Assembly (NCBI GenBank): GCA_039679545.1
Contig: JBDKUT010000090.1
Location: 1 to 43,540 of the forward strand
From: Thermotogota bacterium
Lineage (GTDB): Bacteria; Bipolaricaulota; Bipolaricaulia; UBA7950; UBA9294
Length of the DNA stretch: 43,540 nt
Direction of reading: 5' to 3'
Below are positions 26,872 through 35,262 of the stretch, piece after piece. The notes below the pieces were generated by a model. That model did not search any database. It was not told where the DNA came from and worked only from the letters and a program-made list of their open reading frames with translations. The position numbers and the translations under genes are program-made. Every line of letters begins with the position of its first letter. Position 1 is the stretch's first letter.

Positions 26872-29080
26872 GTTCTTGTCTGCGCTTGACTGCGACCCGA
26901 GCTACCAAGGCCAGGTGGTCTACGCGGCATCCGTGCCCGCCCACGCCGCGGAGCACGCGGAGATTGAGCTGCGTCCGGAGGTTGCGGCGACCCTTAGCGA
27001 GCGCGGCATTCGTCTCTACCGCCATCAGGTTGAGACGATCGAGGCCCTGCGCGCCGGCCGCGACGTCATCCTTACCACGCCCACCGCGTCCGGGAAGACC
27101 CTAGCGTTCCACATCCCTACCGTCGAGTGGTTGAGCGCCGACCCGAAGGCCACGGCCCTCTACCTCTACCCGCTCAAGGCGCTCGCCAACGACCAACTCG
27201 AGAAGCTGCGCGCCCTCGACGAGGAGTGCGGCGCGGATCTCTGTCCGAGCACGTACGACGGCGATACGCCACCGCAGAAGCGAGCTTGGATCCGGCGCTC
27301 TGCTCGCGTCGTACTGACGAACCCCCACGCGCTCCACCAGTACCTGCCGTGGCACCACCAGTGGGCTCGCCTCTTTGCGAACCTGAAGCTCGTCGTCCTC
27401 GACGAGGCGCATCACTACCGCGGTGTGGTCGGCGGGAACGTCGCAGAGCTCCTCGCTAGACTGTCTCGCGTCCTCAAGCACTACGGCGCTCGGCCTCAGT
27501 TTGTCGTCTCGTCGGCCTCCATCGCGAACCCCGAGGATTTCGCACGGGCTCTCACGGGGCGAGACGCCGTGTCGGTCGACGAGGACGGGTCGGCGCGCGG
27601 GCCGCGGAGCGTCGTGTTCTGGGATCCGATGGCCGATCCGTCGTCGTCGATCACCCGGCAGGCGGCAACGTTGCTCTCCTTCCTGACGGATCGGGGAATG
27701 CAGACGATCTGCTTCGCGCGCTCCCGCGTCATGGCCGAGCGGATTGCGAGCGCGGCAAGGCGCAACTCCTCAACGACGGCCATCCAGTCGTATCGCGCCG
27801 GTTACCTCGCACAAGAGCGAAGGGATCTCGAGGCCGACCTCCGCAACGGGCGCCTGCGCGGCGTCGTGTCGACGTCGGCCCTCGAGTCGGGCATCGACAT
27901 TGGAGGGCTCGACGCAGCCATCCTTGTCGGGTTCCCCGGGAGCCTACTCTCGGCGTGGCAGCAGGCGGGGCGCGCGGGTCGAGGATCGCGGCCATCGCTC
28001 GTCATCTACATCCCGTATGAAGACCCTCTCGATCGGTACTTCCTCCGCGACCCGGAACGGTTTCTCGCCTACACAGGCGAGCGTTTGGTGCTTCCGCACC
28101 GGACCCTCCGCCAACGTGCGGGACACCTCGCCTGCGCGGCCGCCGAACTCCCTCTGCGGTCGGAGGAGATCGCCGCGGAAGACGAAGAAGCGATGGCTGC
28201 GCTTCGCGAGAGTGGCCTCCTCGCCAGCACCCCGTCCGGAGCCATCTACCGCGGGTTGCGTCGGGCGCACGAGGCGTTTCCCCTCGAGGAGATGGCGGGG
28301 GAGACCGTGCGCTTGGTCTGCGCGGGTCGGACGCTCGAGACCATGGATCCGGTCCGCGCCCGCCGCGACGCGTATCCGGGCGCCGTGCTTCTTCACCGTG
28401 GGGAAACGTACGTCGTTCAAGCTCTCGACCTCGCCAAAGGCATGGCAACCGCGGTGCGCGAGGACGTCGACTATTCGACGCAGGGGCTTCGGACCAGCGC
28501 CGTCGAGATTCTCTCCGCGGGGACCTCGGTCCCGTCCGGTGGGACCCACGTCGCCCATGGGCGCGTCCGCGTGACGGAGTCGTTCGTGGGGTACAAGGCG
28601 ATCCACGACGACCGATCCGCCTCTCTTCATCCGCTCGCACTTCCCCCTCATGCCTACGAGACCGACGGCGTCTGGGCAACGTTCCGGAACCTCCCGCTGG
28701 AGATCGAGGGGACCGATCTCCTCGGCGCCTTGCACGGGGCGGAGCATGCGCTGATTTCGATGGCTCCGCTCCTCGTCCTCTGCGATGCTGCCGACGTCGC
28801 CGGCGTATCCATGTTGCTCCATCCGCAGACCGGCGCACCCACCATCCTCCTCTATGACGGAATCGAAGATGGGGCGGGGATCGCCGAGGTCTTGTTCGGG
28901 GAGTGGCCGAGGCTGGCGGCGGCGGCGCACGCCATGGTCTCTCAGTGCCCATGCGACGCCGGCTGTCCGGCATGCCTCCTCTCTCCGCGCTGCGGCAGCC
29001 AGAACCAACCCTTGTCAAAGCCCGGAGCAATGCGCATCCTTGCCCCGTCGGCCCCCGCGAGCCGGAAGGAGGACGCATGA
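26858..29080 (+). CDS. DEAH-box helicase with C-terminal DUF1998 4-Cys (MrfA/YprA/SftH/Hrq1 family)
   Basis: 'TPTASGKT', 'YPLKALANDQ', 'DEAH', 'QQAGRAGR', and C-terminal 'CPCDAGCPACLLSPRC'. ATG at 26858. Confidence 0.93.
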   Translation: MRLDEFLSALDCDPSYQGQVVYAASVPAHAAEHAEIELRPEVAATLSERGIRLYRHQVETIEALRAGRDVILTTPTASGKTLAFHIPTVEWLSADPKATALYLYPLKALANDQLEKLRALDEECGADLCPSTYDGDTPPQKRAWIRRSARVVLTNPHALHQYLPWHHQWARLFANLKLVVLDEAHHYRGVVGGNVAELLARLSRVLKHYGARPQFVVSSASIANPEDFARALTGRDAVSVDEDGSARGPRSVVFWDPMADPSSSITRQAATLLSFLTDRGMQTICFARSRVMAERIASAARRNSSTTAIQSYRAGYLAQERRDLEADLRNGRLRGVVSTSALESGIDIGGLDAAILVGFPGSLLSAWQQAGRAGRGSRPSLVIYIPYEDPLDRYFLRDPERFLAYTGERLVLPHRTLRQRAGHLACAAAELPLRSEEIAAEDEEAMAALRESGLLASTPSGAIYRGLRRAHEAFPLEEMAGETVRLVCAGRTLETMDPVRARRDAYPGAVLLHRGETYVVQALDLAKGMATAVREDVDYSTQGLRTSAVEILSAGTSVPSGGTHVAHGRVRVTESFVGYKAIHDDRSASLHPLALPPHAYETDGVWATFRNLPLEIEGTDLLGALHGAEHALISMAPLLVLCDAADVAGVSMLLHPQTGAPTILLYDGIEDGAGIAEVLFGEWPRLAAAAHAMVSQCPCDAGCPACLLSPRCGSQNQPLSKPGAMRILAPSAPASRKEDA

Positions 29081-30216
29081 GGCGCGTGACGGCTCTCGTG
29101 TTCCACGCTCCGGTCGGCGGAAGCGTCGGAGAGCGCGTCGTGGAAGAGGCCCGTCGGGCGTCAACCCGTGGCCTGTGCGCGAGCCTCCGAAGGTGTGGCG
29201 CGGAACCGCTCGTCGTGGCCCCCCTCGAGGTCGCCCGCGCCGGGATCTTCGACGTGGAGACACGGACACCGCCGGGCGTGGACAAGGCAGCGTTCCACTT
29301 CGGCCGCGCGCTCCAACGCTTGATCGTCGACCTGGACCTCGATCGCCTGCTCTACTTCGGCAGCGGAAGCGGAGGACTCCTCTCCGACGAGGAGGTCCGC
29401 AGCTTGATTGAGTTTGCAGACGCTGGGTCAGAATCCGCGGTCTTCAACAACTTCTACTCGTGCGACTTCGCGGCGTTCGCGAGCGCCAAGCAACTCCTCG
29501 CGATCTCCCTCCCGGCCGCGGACAACCCCCTCGGGTTCGCGCTTGCTGATGCCGGGATCCGATGCCTGTCGATGCCGCGCTCGGCGTCGACGCAGTTCGA
29601 CATCGACACGCCCTGCGACGTGTACCTCCTCGCGCGAACCGGTCGCGGCAACCCCGAGCTGCGCCACTTTCTCGAGGCCCGCGCGTGGGACCATCCGTCG
29701 ATGGACCGCGCCCTCGCCGTGCTGACGGAACGTTCAGCGTCGACGATCCTCATTGGTCGAGTGAATCCAACGACGTGGAGTCAGTTCGAACGGGAGGTGG
29801 CCTGCCGCACGAGCGCCCTTGTCGAGGGGCGCGGCCTGCGTGCCTCGGCGACCCTCCACGTCCCGTGGGTACGGCAGACAATCCACGAGGACGGAACCGA
29901 GCCGTTCTTCCGACGCCTTGAAGACGCCGCGGACGCCGCCTGGATCGACACGCGCCCGCTCCTCTCCTCCGGGGAGGATCTCCCCTCGGCGAGCGCCCGG
30001 TTCGCGAGCGACCTGTTTCTCCTCGACGAGGTTGACGATCCGACTTGGCGGAGCTTCACCGAGGCGGCGCTCCGGTGCCGCATCCCGGTGGTTCTCGGCG
30101 GGCACAGCCTCGTGAGCGGGGGCCTCTACCTCGCTGCAGAGGCCTGCTGGAAAGCTCGAAACGTAGTCCGTAGACTTCATCCGGATCCGTTCGGTGGGAA
30201 AAAGGAGCGACCATGA
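29077..30216 (+). CDS. Hypothetical protein, CofC/nucleotidyltransferase (GT-A)-like N-terminal region
   Basis: 'FDIDTPCD' resembles the CofC 'DVDTPxD' motif. ATGA overlaps with both neighbours. Confidence 0.5.
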   Translation: MRRVTALVFHAPVGGSVGERVVEEARRASTRGLCASLRRCGAEPLVVAPLEVARAGIFDVETRTPPGVDKAAFHFGRALQRLIVDLDLDRLLYFGSGSGGLLSDEEVRSLIEFADAGSESAVFNNFYSCDFAAFASAKQLLAISLPAADNPLGFALADAGIRCLSMPRSASTQFDIDTPCDVYLLARTGRGNPELRHFLEARAWDHPSMDRALAVLTERSASTILIGRVNPTTWSQFEREVACRTSALVEGRGLRASATLHVPWVRQTIHEDGTEPFFRRLEDAADAAWIDTRPLLSSGEDLPSASARFASDLFLLDEVDDPTWRSFTEAALRCRIPVVLGGHSLVSGGLYLAAEACWKARNVVRRLHPDPFGGKKERP

Positions 30217-33200
30217 CCCTGTCTCAATCCAATCAACGCATTCTCGACGTGGACGCTCAGACGGCGGCCCTCATTGCCGCCGAGGAGCGTCGCCAACGGG
30301 AGAAGCTCATTCTCATCCCGTCGGAGTCGTGGACGCCCGCTCCCGTCCGTGAGGCCCTCGGTTCGGCGTTCACGAGCGTGTACGCCGAGGGGTACCCGCG
30401 CAAGGCCATGATGAGGCAGACCGTTGAGCAGCTCGCCGACCTCGACGTGCAGCTCGCGAACTTCCGTCGGTACGCGGATCGACGCTTCTACAAGGGAGTC
30501 GAGATCGCGGACCTCGTCGAGTCTCTCGCCGCCCGGCGCGCCGCCGAGTGTTTCGCGACGCCCGACGTTCCCGCCGATCGCATTTACGCCAACGTTCAGG
30601 CCCTCTCCGGCGCCGCCGCCAACCTGGCGGTGTACGAGGCGTTCGTCGCGCCCGGCGAGACAGTGATGGGCATGGCGCTTACCGAGGGCGGCCACCTCAC
30701 GCACGGGTCCGAGTTCAACATCACAGGGCGCCGCTACCGGATCGTCTCGTACGCCGTCGATCCAACCACGGGAAGGTTGGACTACGACCAAATCCGGCAC
30801 CTTGCCGAGGAGCATCGACCGCGGATGATCATCGGCGGATTCACGTCGTACCCGTGGCAAGCGGACTGGGCGAAGTTCCGCGAGATTGCGGATTCGGTCG
30901 GGGCGATTCTCCTCGCCGACGTTGCCCACACGGCCGGACTCATCGTCGGCGGCGTCTACCCGAACCCGATCGGCCATGCCCACGTGGTCTCGTTCACGAC
31001 CCACAAGACGTTGTGCGGCGGGCGCGGTGCCGTTCTCCTGTCGACGGACCCGGTGATCGCCGCGAAGCTGGACTCGTCGATCTTCCCAGGACAGCAGGGC
31101 GGCCCCCACGTGAACAAGTTCGCCGCGTTGGCCGTGACGCTCAAACTCGCTCAGCAACCGGAGTTCGCAGCGCTACAGCGCCGCATCGTCGAGAACGCGA
31201 AAGCCCTGGCGAGGGCACTCGCCGACAACGGGCTGACTCTTGCCTACGGGGGCACCAACACCCACCTGCTTCTCGTCGACCTGAAGCCCCTTCCGAGCGA
31301 CACACGGTTCGTCATGATGGGCGAGATCGCGTCGCGCATCCTCGATCTGGCGGGAATCGTCTGCAACAAGAACACGCTCCCCGGAGACCGCAGCGCCGCC
31401 GACGCTCACGGAATCCGCCTCGGAACGCCGTGGGTGACACAGCGCGGAATGGGGGAGGCGGAGATGCGCGATCTGGCTCGGATCATCGCCGATGTGCTCA
31501 AGGCGATCCGCCCCTTCTCCTACTGCGGACTGCGCGGGGAGTCGTCGCGCGGGAAAATCTCGCTCCCCGTGTTGGAGACGGCGAAGCGCGAAGTCCACGA
31601 GCTCATCGGCCGCGTCGATCCCCGCGTGGGTGCTCCATCGCGGGATGCACGGCCCACGCCGAATGGCGCGTGGTCGGCGACCCGCGTGCGCGGCGGACGC
31701 GCCGGGGCGCTCCTTCAGGAGAGCGTGACCATCGACCTCTTCGCGCTGCCGTCCGGGGGGGCCGCGCCGGCCTACCTGTTCGACGAAGACGGCCACGCCA
31801 TCTCTAATGTGATCGTCGGCGCACTCGGTCGCGACGATTACCTCCTGTACGCACCGGCAAGGAACGCACGCGCTGTTCGGGAGTGGTTGGCCGGGCTGTC
31901 CGACGGGTATTCGGTGTTTGACACGCGGGACGTCCTGCGCAAGGTCCAAGGTCCCGCCGTCATCGAAGAGGTCGCGCTCGGCGCTCTGCCGCCGTCGGCC
32001 CAAGCGTGGAAGCCAGCTGCCGCGGCGGAAGACGCGGCCGGCGTCGACATCCGAGAGGCGTTCGCCAAACACCCGGAACGGTTCGCCCTTCAGAAATCGT
32101 ATTTCATCGGTCAACATCGCCTGCCGCAAGGAGCGCCGTCTACGTCTCCCGCGGAGTTCCGGTGGGACGCGCCCAAAGAGCCGCCGCGGAGGACGCCTCT
32201 CTACGATGCCCACGTGGCCCTCGGTGCCAAGCTCGTTCCGTTCGCCGGGTGGGAAATGCCGGTTTGGTACTCGTCTGCCCTCGAAGAGCACGCGGCCGTG
32301 CGAAAGTCCGCCGGTCTGTTCGACCTCGGGCACATGGGCGTGTTCCAGGTTGAAGGCGATCACGCCGTCGACTTCCTCGATGCGGTCACGTCCAACTACG
32401 CTGGGTGGTTGGAGAACGGGCAGTCGCAGTACGGCTACTTGTTCGATCCCGACGGGCGCGTCATCGACGACATCATGGTGTACCGCCGAGCGCGGAATCG
32501 GTTCTTTGTCGTTGTCAATGCCGCCAACGAGCAGAAGGACTGGGACTGGCTGTGCGGCGTCAACGAGGGGGAGTACCTCACCGACCGAGAAAACCCGGCT
32601 TGCCGCCCTTGTCCCCCGGTGACGATCCGTGACCTGAAGAAGGAGCGCGGCATCGTCGACGTCGCGATTCAGGGGCCCAAGAGCCAGGCCATCCTAAACC
32701 TCGTCCTCGGTCCTCAGGAGCGCCTCACGGTTGCGTCGCTCGATCGCACCCAATTCGCCGAGGTAGTTCCGGAAGGACACCAACTGCTGGTCGCGCGCAC
32801 GGGGTACACCGGTGAGCCCATGGGCTACGAGATCTACTCCGCCGCCCCCGACGCCGCCTGGCTGTGGAACCGTCTGCTCGAGGTCGGGTGCCCGTTTGGT
32901 CTTCTCCCCTGTGGACTCGCGTCGCGCGACTCGACCCGGACCGAGGCCGGACTTCCTCTGTACGGCCACGAGCTTGCCGGTCCTCACGAAGTCAATCCCT
33001 ACGAGGCCGGCTTCGGATCCTACGTCAAGCTCCACAAGACCTTCTTCATCGGTCGCTCCGCGTGTCGCGAGGTCTACCTGAGCCGAGCGGCGCGATCCGT
33101 CGTCCGTTTCCAGATCGATGAAGGAGCGCGGCCGGTTCGCGACGGCGCGCTCATGCTGGACCGAAATGGGACACTCGTTGGTCGCGTAACAAGTTCGGTG

Positions 33201-33425
33201 AGCCTCGGAGGAATCCAGGTGGGCCTCGCGCTCATCGAAGGAAACGCGGAGGCACTTCCCGCGGGGACCCCCATCGCCTTGGTCAACCTTCCGAGGGGCG
33301 TCGGGTCTCAAGGATCGTGGGCGGGCGCCAAGCCCGGGGATCGGCTGCCGCTTGGAGTGCCCGGACGGATCGTTCCTCGCTTCCTGTCCCGAGACAATGC
33401 ACCACCCGATCCCGAGGGCGAGTAG
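30213..33425 (+). CDS. glyA-gcvT: Serine hydroxymethyltransferase-glycine cleavage T protein fusion (GlyA + degenerate GcvT-N + GcvT)
   Basis: SHMT motifs 'LIPSE', 'YAEGYP', 'GGHLTHG', 'ADVAH', 'TTHKTL' (PLP Lys) and 'GIRLGTP'. GcvT motifs 'RTPLY', 'FAGWEMPVWY', 'GLFDLGHMG', 'RTGYTGE..GYEI' and 'RDSTRTEAGLPLYG'. All lie in one 1070-aa frame. Confidence 0.93.
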   Translation: MTLSQSNQRILDVDAQTAALIAAEERRQREKLILIPSESWTPAPVREALGSAFTSVYAEGYPRKAMMRQTVEQLADLDVQLANFRRYADRRFYKGVEIADLVESLAARRAAECFATPDVPADRIYANVQALSGAAANLAVYEAFVAPGETVMGMALTEGGHLTHGSEFNITGRRYRIVSYAVDPTTGRLDYDQIRHLAEEHRPRMIIGGFTSYPWQADWAKFREIADSVGAILLADVAHTAGLIVGGVYPNPIGHAHVVSFTTHKTLCGGRGAVLLSTDPVIAAKLDSSIFPGQQGGPHVNKFAALAVTLKLAQQPEFAALQRRIVENAKALARALADNGLTLAYGGTNTHLLLVDLKPLPSDTRFVMMGEIASRILDLAGIVCNKNTLPGDRSAADAHGIRLGTPWVTQRGMGEAEMRDLARIIADVLKAIRPFSYCGLRGESSRGKISLPVLETAKREVHELIGRVDPRVGAPSRDARPTPNGAWSATRVRGGRAGALLQESVTIDLFALPSGGAAPAYLFDEDGHAISNVIVGALGRDDYLLYAPARNARAVREWLAGLSDGYSVFDTRDVLRKVQGPAVIEEVALGALPPSAQAWKPAAAAEDAAGVDIREAFAKHPERFALQKSYFIGQHRLPQGAPSTSPAEFRWDAPKEPPRRTPLYDAHVALGAKLVPFAGWEMPVWYSSALEEHAAVRKSAGLFDLGHMGVFQVEGDHAVDFLDAVTSNYAGWLENGQSQYGYLFDPDGRVIDDIMVYRRARNRFFVVVNAANEQKDWDWLCGVNEGEYLTDRENPACRPCPPVTIRDLKKERGIVDVAIQGPKSQAILNLVLGPQERLTVASLDRTQFAEVVPEGHQLLVARTGYTGEPMGYEIYSAAPDAAWLWNRLLEVGCPFGLLPCGLASRDSTRTEAGLPLYGHELAGPHEVNPYEAGFGSYVKLHKTFFIGRSACREVYLSRAARSVVRFQIDEGARPVRDGALMLDRNGTLVGRVTSSVSLGGIQVGLALIEGNAEALPAGTPIALVNLPRGVGSQGSWAGAKPGDRLPLGVPGRIVPRFLSRDNAPPDPEGE

Positions 33426-33454
33426 CTTGTTTCGGATTGCGAGATGAGGAAGGG

Positions 33455-33889
33455 CTAGTTCATCCGCCGGTCGCCGGGGGTGGCCGGCGCGACGGAGTTC
33501 AGCCACTTGAGTTCGGTAGGGAGCACCGACTGGAGCGCGGTCGCGTATTCGCGCCACTGGTCACGCTCGCGAGTCACTTCCTGCAGGAGCTCGTGCGCCA
33601 GGGCGAACTCAACCTCGGGACGCAAGACGATGCAGATTCCGCTTGTCCCTTCGTCGTCGCAGAGTTCGCCCCGTAGACGATCGGCGGCCTGCTGGATCGG
33701 CAGGCCTTCCTCCCGGCGAAGCTCCTCGAGGCGGCGAAGGATGGCCACGGCTTCGCCGCGGAAGATGAGCCGATTCCGATCTCCCCGCGTGAGGTATCGC
33801 TGAAGGGTTTCGCCGAGAGCATCCACCCTCAACCGCACAGCGCGCTTTGAGAGCCCGAGGAAGCGCGCGACTTCGTCCAACGTGGCCAT
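33455..33889 (-). CDS. Hypothetical HTH (MerR-like) + coiled-coil protein, probably leaderless
   Basis: 'TLDEVARFLGLSKRAVR' HTH and helical C-terminus 'VTRERDQWREYA'. TATAAT lies 6 nt before the ATG. Confidence 0.7.
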   Translation of the reverse strand: MATLDEVARFLGLSKRAVRLRVDALGETLQRYLTRGDRNRLIFRGEAVAILRRLEELRREEGLPIQQAADRLRGELCDDEGTSGICIVLRPEVEFALAHELLQEVTRERDQWREYATALQSVLPTELKWLNSVAPATPGDRRMN

Positions 33890-33991
33890 GGGCTCATTAT
33901 ACGAAAAAGGTCACGGGTTTCGTGTAATGCGGACAACCTTCGGGTCTCGTTGTCTCTCCTGTCCCTGTCTCAAGGGAGCGTCGGCCTGGGG

Positions 33992-34471
33992 TCACACTCC
34001 ATCTCTCGCCGGCTCGGTCGCCGGGGTCGCCACGAGGCGGATGGCGCTCCCCTCGACCCGTAACGGATGCACGCCTTCTTTGCCAAGGGATGGTCTTTCC
34101 ACGCGCACGCGGACCCCACGGGCTTGCGCCCGCGACGCGAGGACGTCAGCCAGCACGTCGGCACGCAACGATTCGAGAGGCATCTCGCCTTCGAGCCCCG
34201 AACGTGCGTCGTCGAAGAACCGATGGATTCGCGAGACGACGGAGGCGCGCTCTGGCCGGTCGCAGAGCAGTTCGGCAGCGCGCTGGACGTAGCCCAGGCG
34301 AAGGTCGTCAAAGTCTCCGAACGAGGCGCGAAGCGTGGGCCGAGTCTCCGCCGTGATGACCCAGAGCACCCGTGCGCCGGTCGTGTAGGCGGCACCCATC
34401 TCATCAATCCACTCCGACACTTGATCCTCCCCGACGATTGGGAAGGCCGCTCCATCTTCGCGTCTGTCCAT
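33992..34471 (-). CDS. Hypothetical protein, possibly a degenerate aspartokinase N-terminal fragment
   Basis: Strong RBS AAAGGAGG before ATG 34471. Pattern similarity to the amino-acid kinase domain is weak (see findings). Confidence 0.55.
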   Translation of the reverse strand: MDRREDGAAFPIVGEDQVSEWIDEMGAAYTTGARVLWVITAETRPTLRASFGDFDDLRLGYVQRAAELLCDRPERASVVSRIHRFFDDARSGLEGEMPLESLRADVLADVLASRAQARGVRVRVERPSLGKEGVHPLRVEGSAIRLVATPATEPARDGV

Positions 34472-34495
34472 GCTCTCCTCCTTTCTCGCTCGTAC

Positions 34496-34532
34496 AAAAA
34501 AGAAAGACCGAAGGCCCATCGGCCTACGGTCT
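34496..34532 (-). terminator. Intrinsic terminator within a leader (attenuator)
   Basis: AGACCGTAGGCC-GATG-GGCCTTCGGTCT followed by TTCTTTTTT, about 25 nt upstream of the start of the 34471 gene. Confidence 0.85.
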
Positions 34533-34571
34533 CCACGCCCGCGACCGGCCGCGCTCAGGCGGCCTCGCGGG

Positions 34572-34673
34572 CTACTTCGTCGTCGTGGTCAGCTGCACAG
34601 GATGAACGGAGAGGCGGGCGCCACGAAGCGCCGACGCACGAGACGGCCTCTCACAACGTCTTTCCTGTGCCAT
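34572..34673 (-). CDS. Putative attenuator leader peptide MAQERRCERPSRASALRGARLSVHPVQLTTTTK
   Basis: ATG lies 9 nt after the -10. Four consecutive Thr codons (ACC ACG ACG ACG) precede AAG TAG and are followed directly by a GC hairpin and a terminator. Confidence 0.6.
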   Translation of the reverse strand: MAQERRCERPSRASALRGARLSVHPVQLTTTTK

Positions 34674-34682
34674 GATCGAAGC

Positions 34683-34711
34683 AGGGTAGCACGGTGCAGG
34701 CGGGTCGTCAA
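34683..34711 (-). promoter_or_regulatory. Sigma70-like promoter with extended -10 for the Thr leader
   Basis: TTGACG-N17-TACCCT with TG-n directly before the -10. Confidence 0.7.
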
Positions 34712-34795
34712 TCCCCCGTGTCCCCCGCGTGCCCTGTTTCCCTGAACGTTCGGTTCCGACTACCCTGGTAGGAGCGACATACGGAGGTGATTCAG

Positions 34796-35224
34796 GTGCG
34801 AAAGGAATTCCGGGAATTCATCACGAAAGGCAACTTGGTTCAAGTGGCCATCGCCTTCGTCATGGGCGCGGCGTTCGCCACCATGGCGAAGTCGTTCGTC
34901 GACGATCTGATCATGCCGCTCATCGGCAAACTGGTTGGGAACGTGGACTTCGCGAACCTGTACGTCAACCTGTCCGGCCAGACCTACGAGTCTGCGGCCG
35001 CCGCGCGCGCGGCGGGCGCCGCGGCGATCTACTACGGCGCGTTCATCAACACGGTGATCACGTTCCTCATCGTCGCGTTCGTCATGTTCCTCCTCGTCCG
35101 CGCGTACAACCGGATGCAGAAGAAGGCCGAAGCGGCGGCCCCGACGACGAAGGAGTGCCCGCGCTGCCGAACGCAGATCCCTCTCGGCGCATCGCGGTGC
35201 CCGCACTGCACGTCGGACATGTAG
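34796..35224 (+). CDS. mscL: Large-conductance mechanosensitive channel with C-terminal Zn-ribbon
   Basis: 'KEFREFITKGNLVQVAIAFVMGAAF', 'YGAFINTVITFLIVAF', and tail CPRC..CPHC. GTG start after GGAGGT. Confidence 0.93.
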   Translation: MRKEFREFITKGNLVQVAIAFVMGAAFATMAKSFVDDLIMPLIGKLVGNVDFANLYVNLSGQTYESAAAARAAGAAAIYYGAFINTVITFLIVAFVMFLLVRAYNRMQKKAEAAAPTTKECPRCRTQIPLGASRCPHCTSDM

Positions 35225-35262
35225 AGTCTCCCCCTCACGCGGATCTCGGGAAGGGAGGGTCC

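Noticed and set aside
26858..29080. Helicase as part of a DISARM/Druantia defence system
   Set aside because: It is a compact MrfA-type helicase paired with a YprB-like exonuclease, and no methylase or other defence genes are present.
34496..34670. T-box riboswitch
   Set aside because: The GUGGAGACC segment does not match UGGNACC, and there is no specifier loop or AG-bulge. A leader-peptide model fits better.
34729..35262. N-terminal extension of the metallophosphoesterase in the ORF track
   Set aside because: It overlaps mscL in another frame and has no protein-like features. The real start is after the mscL stop.
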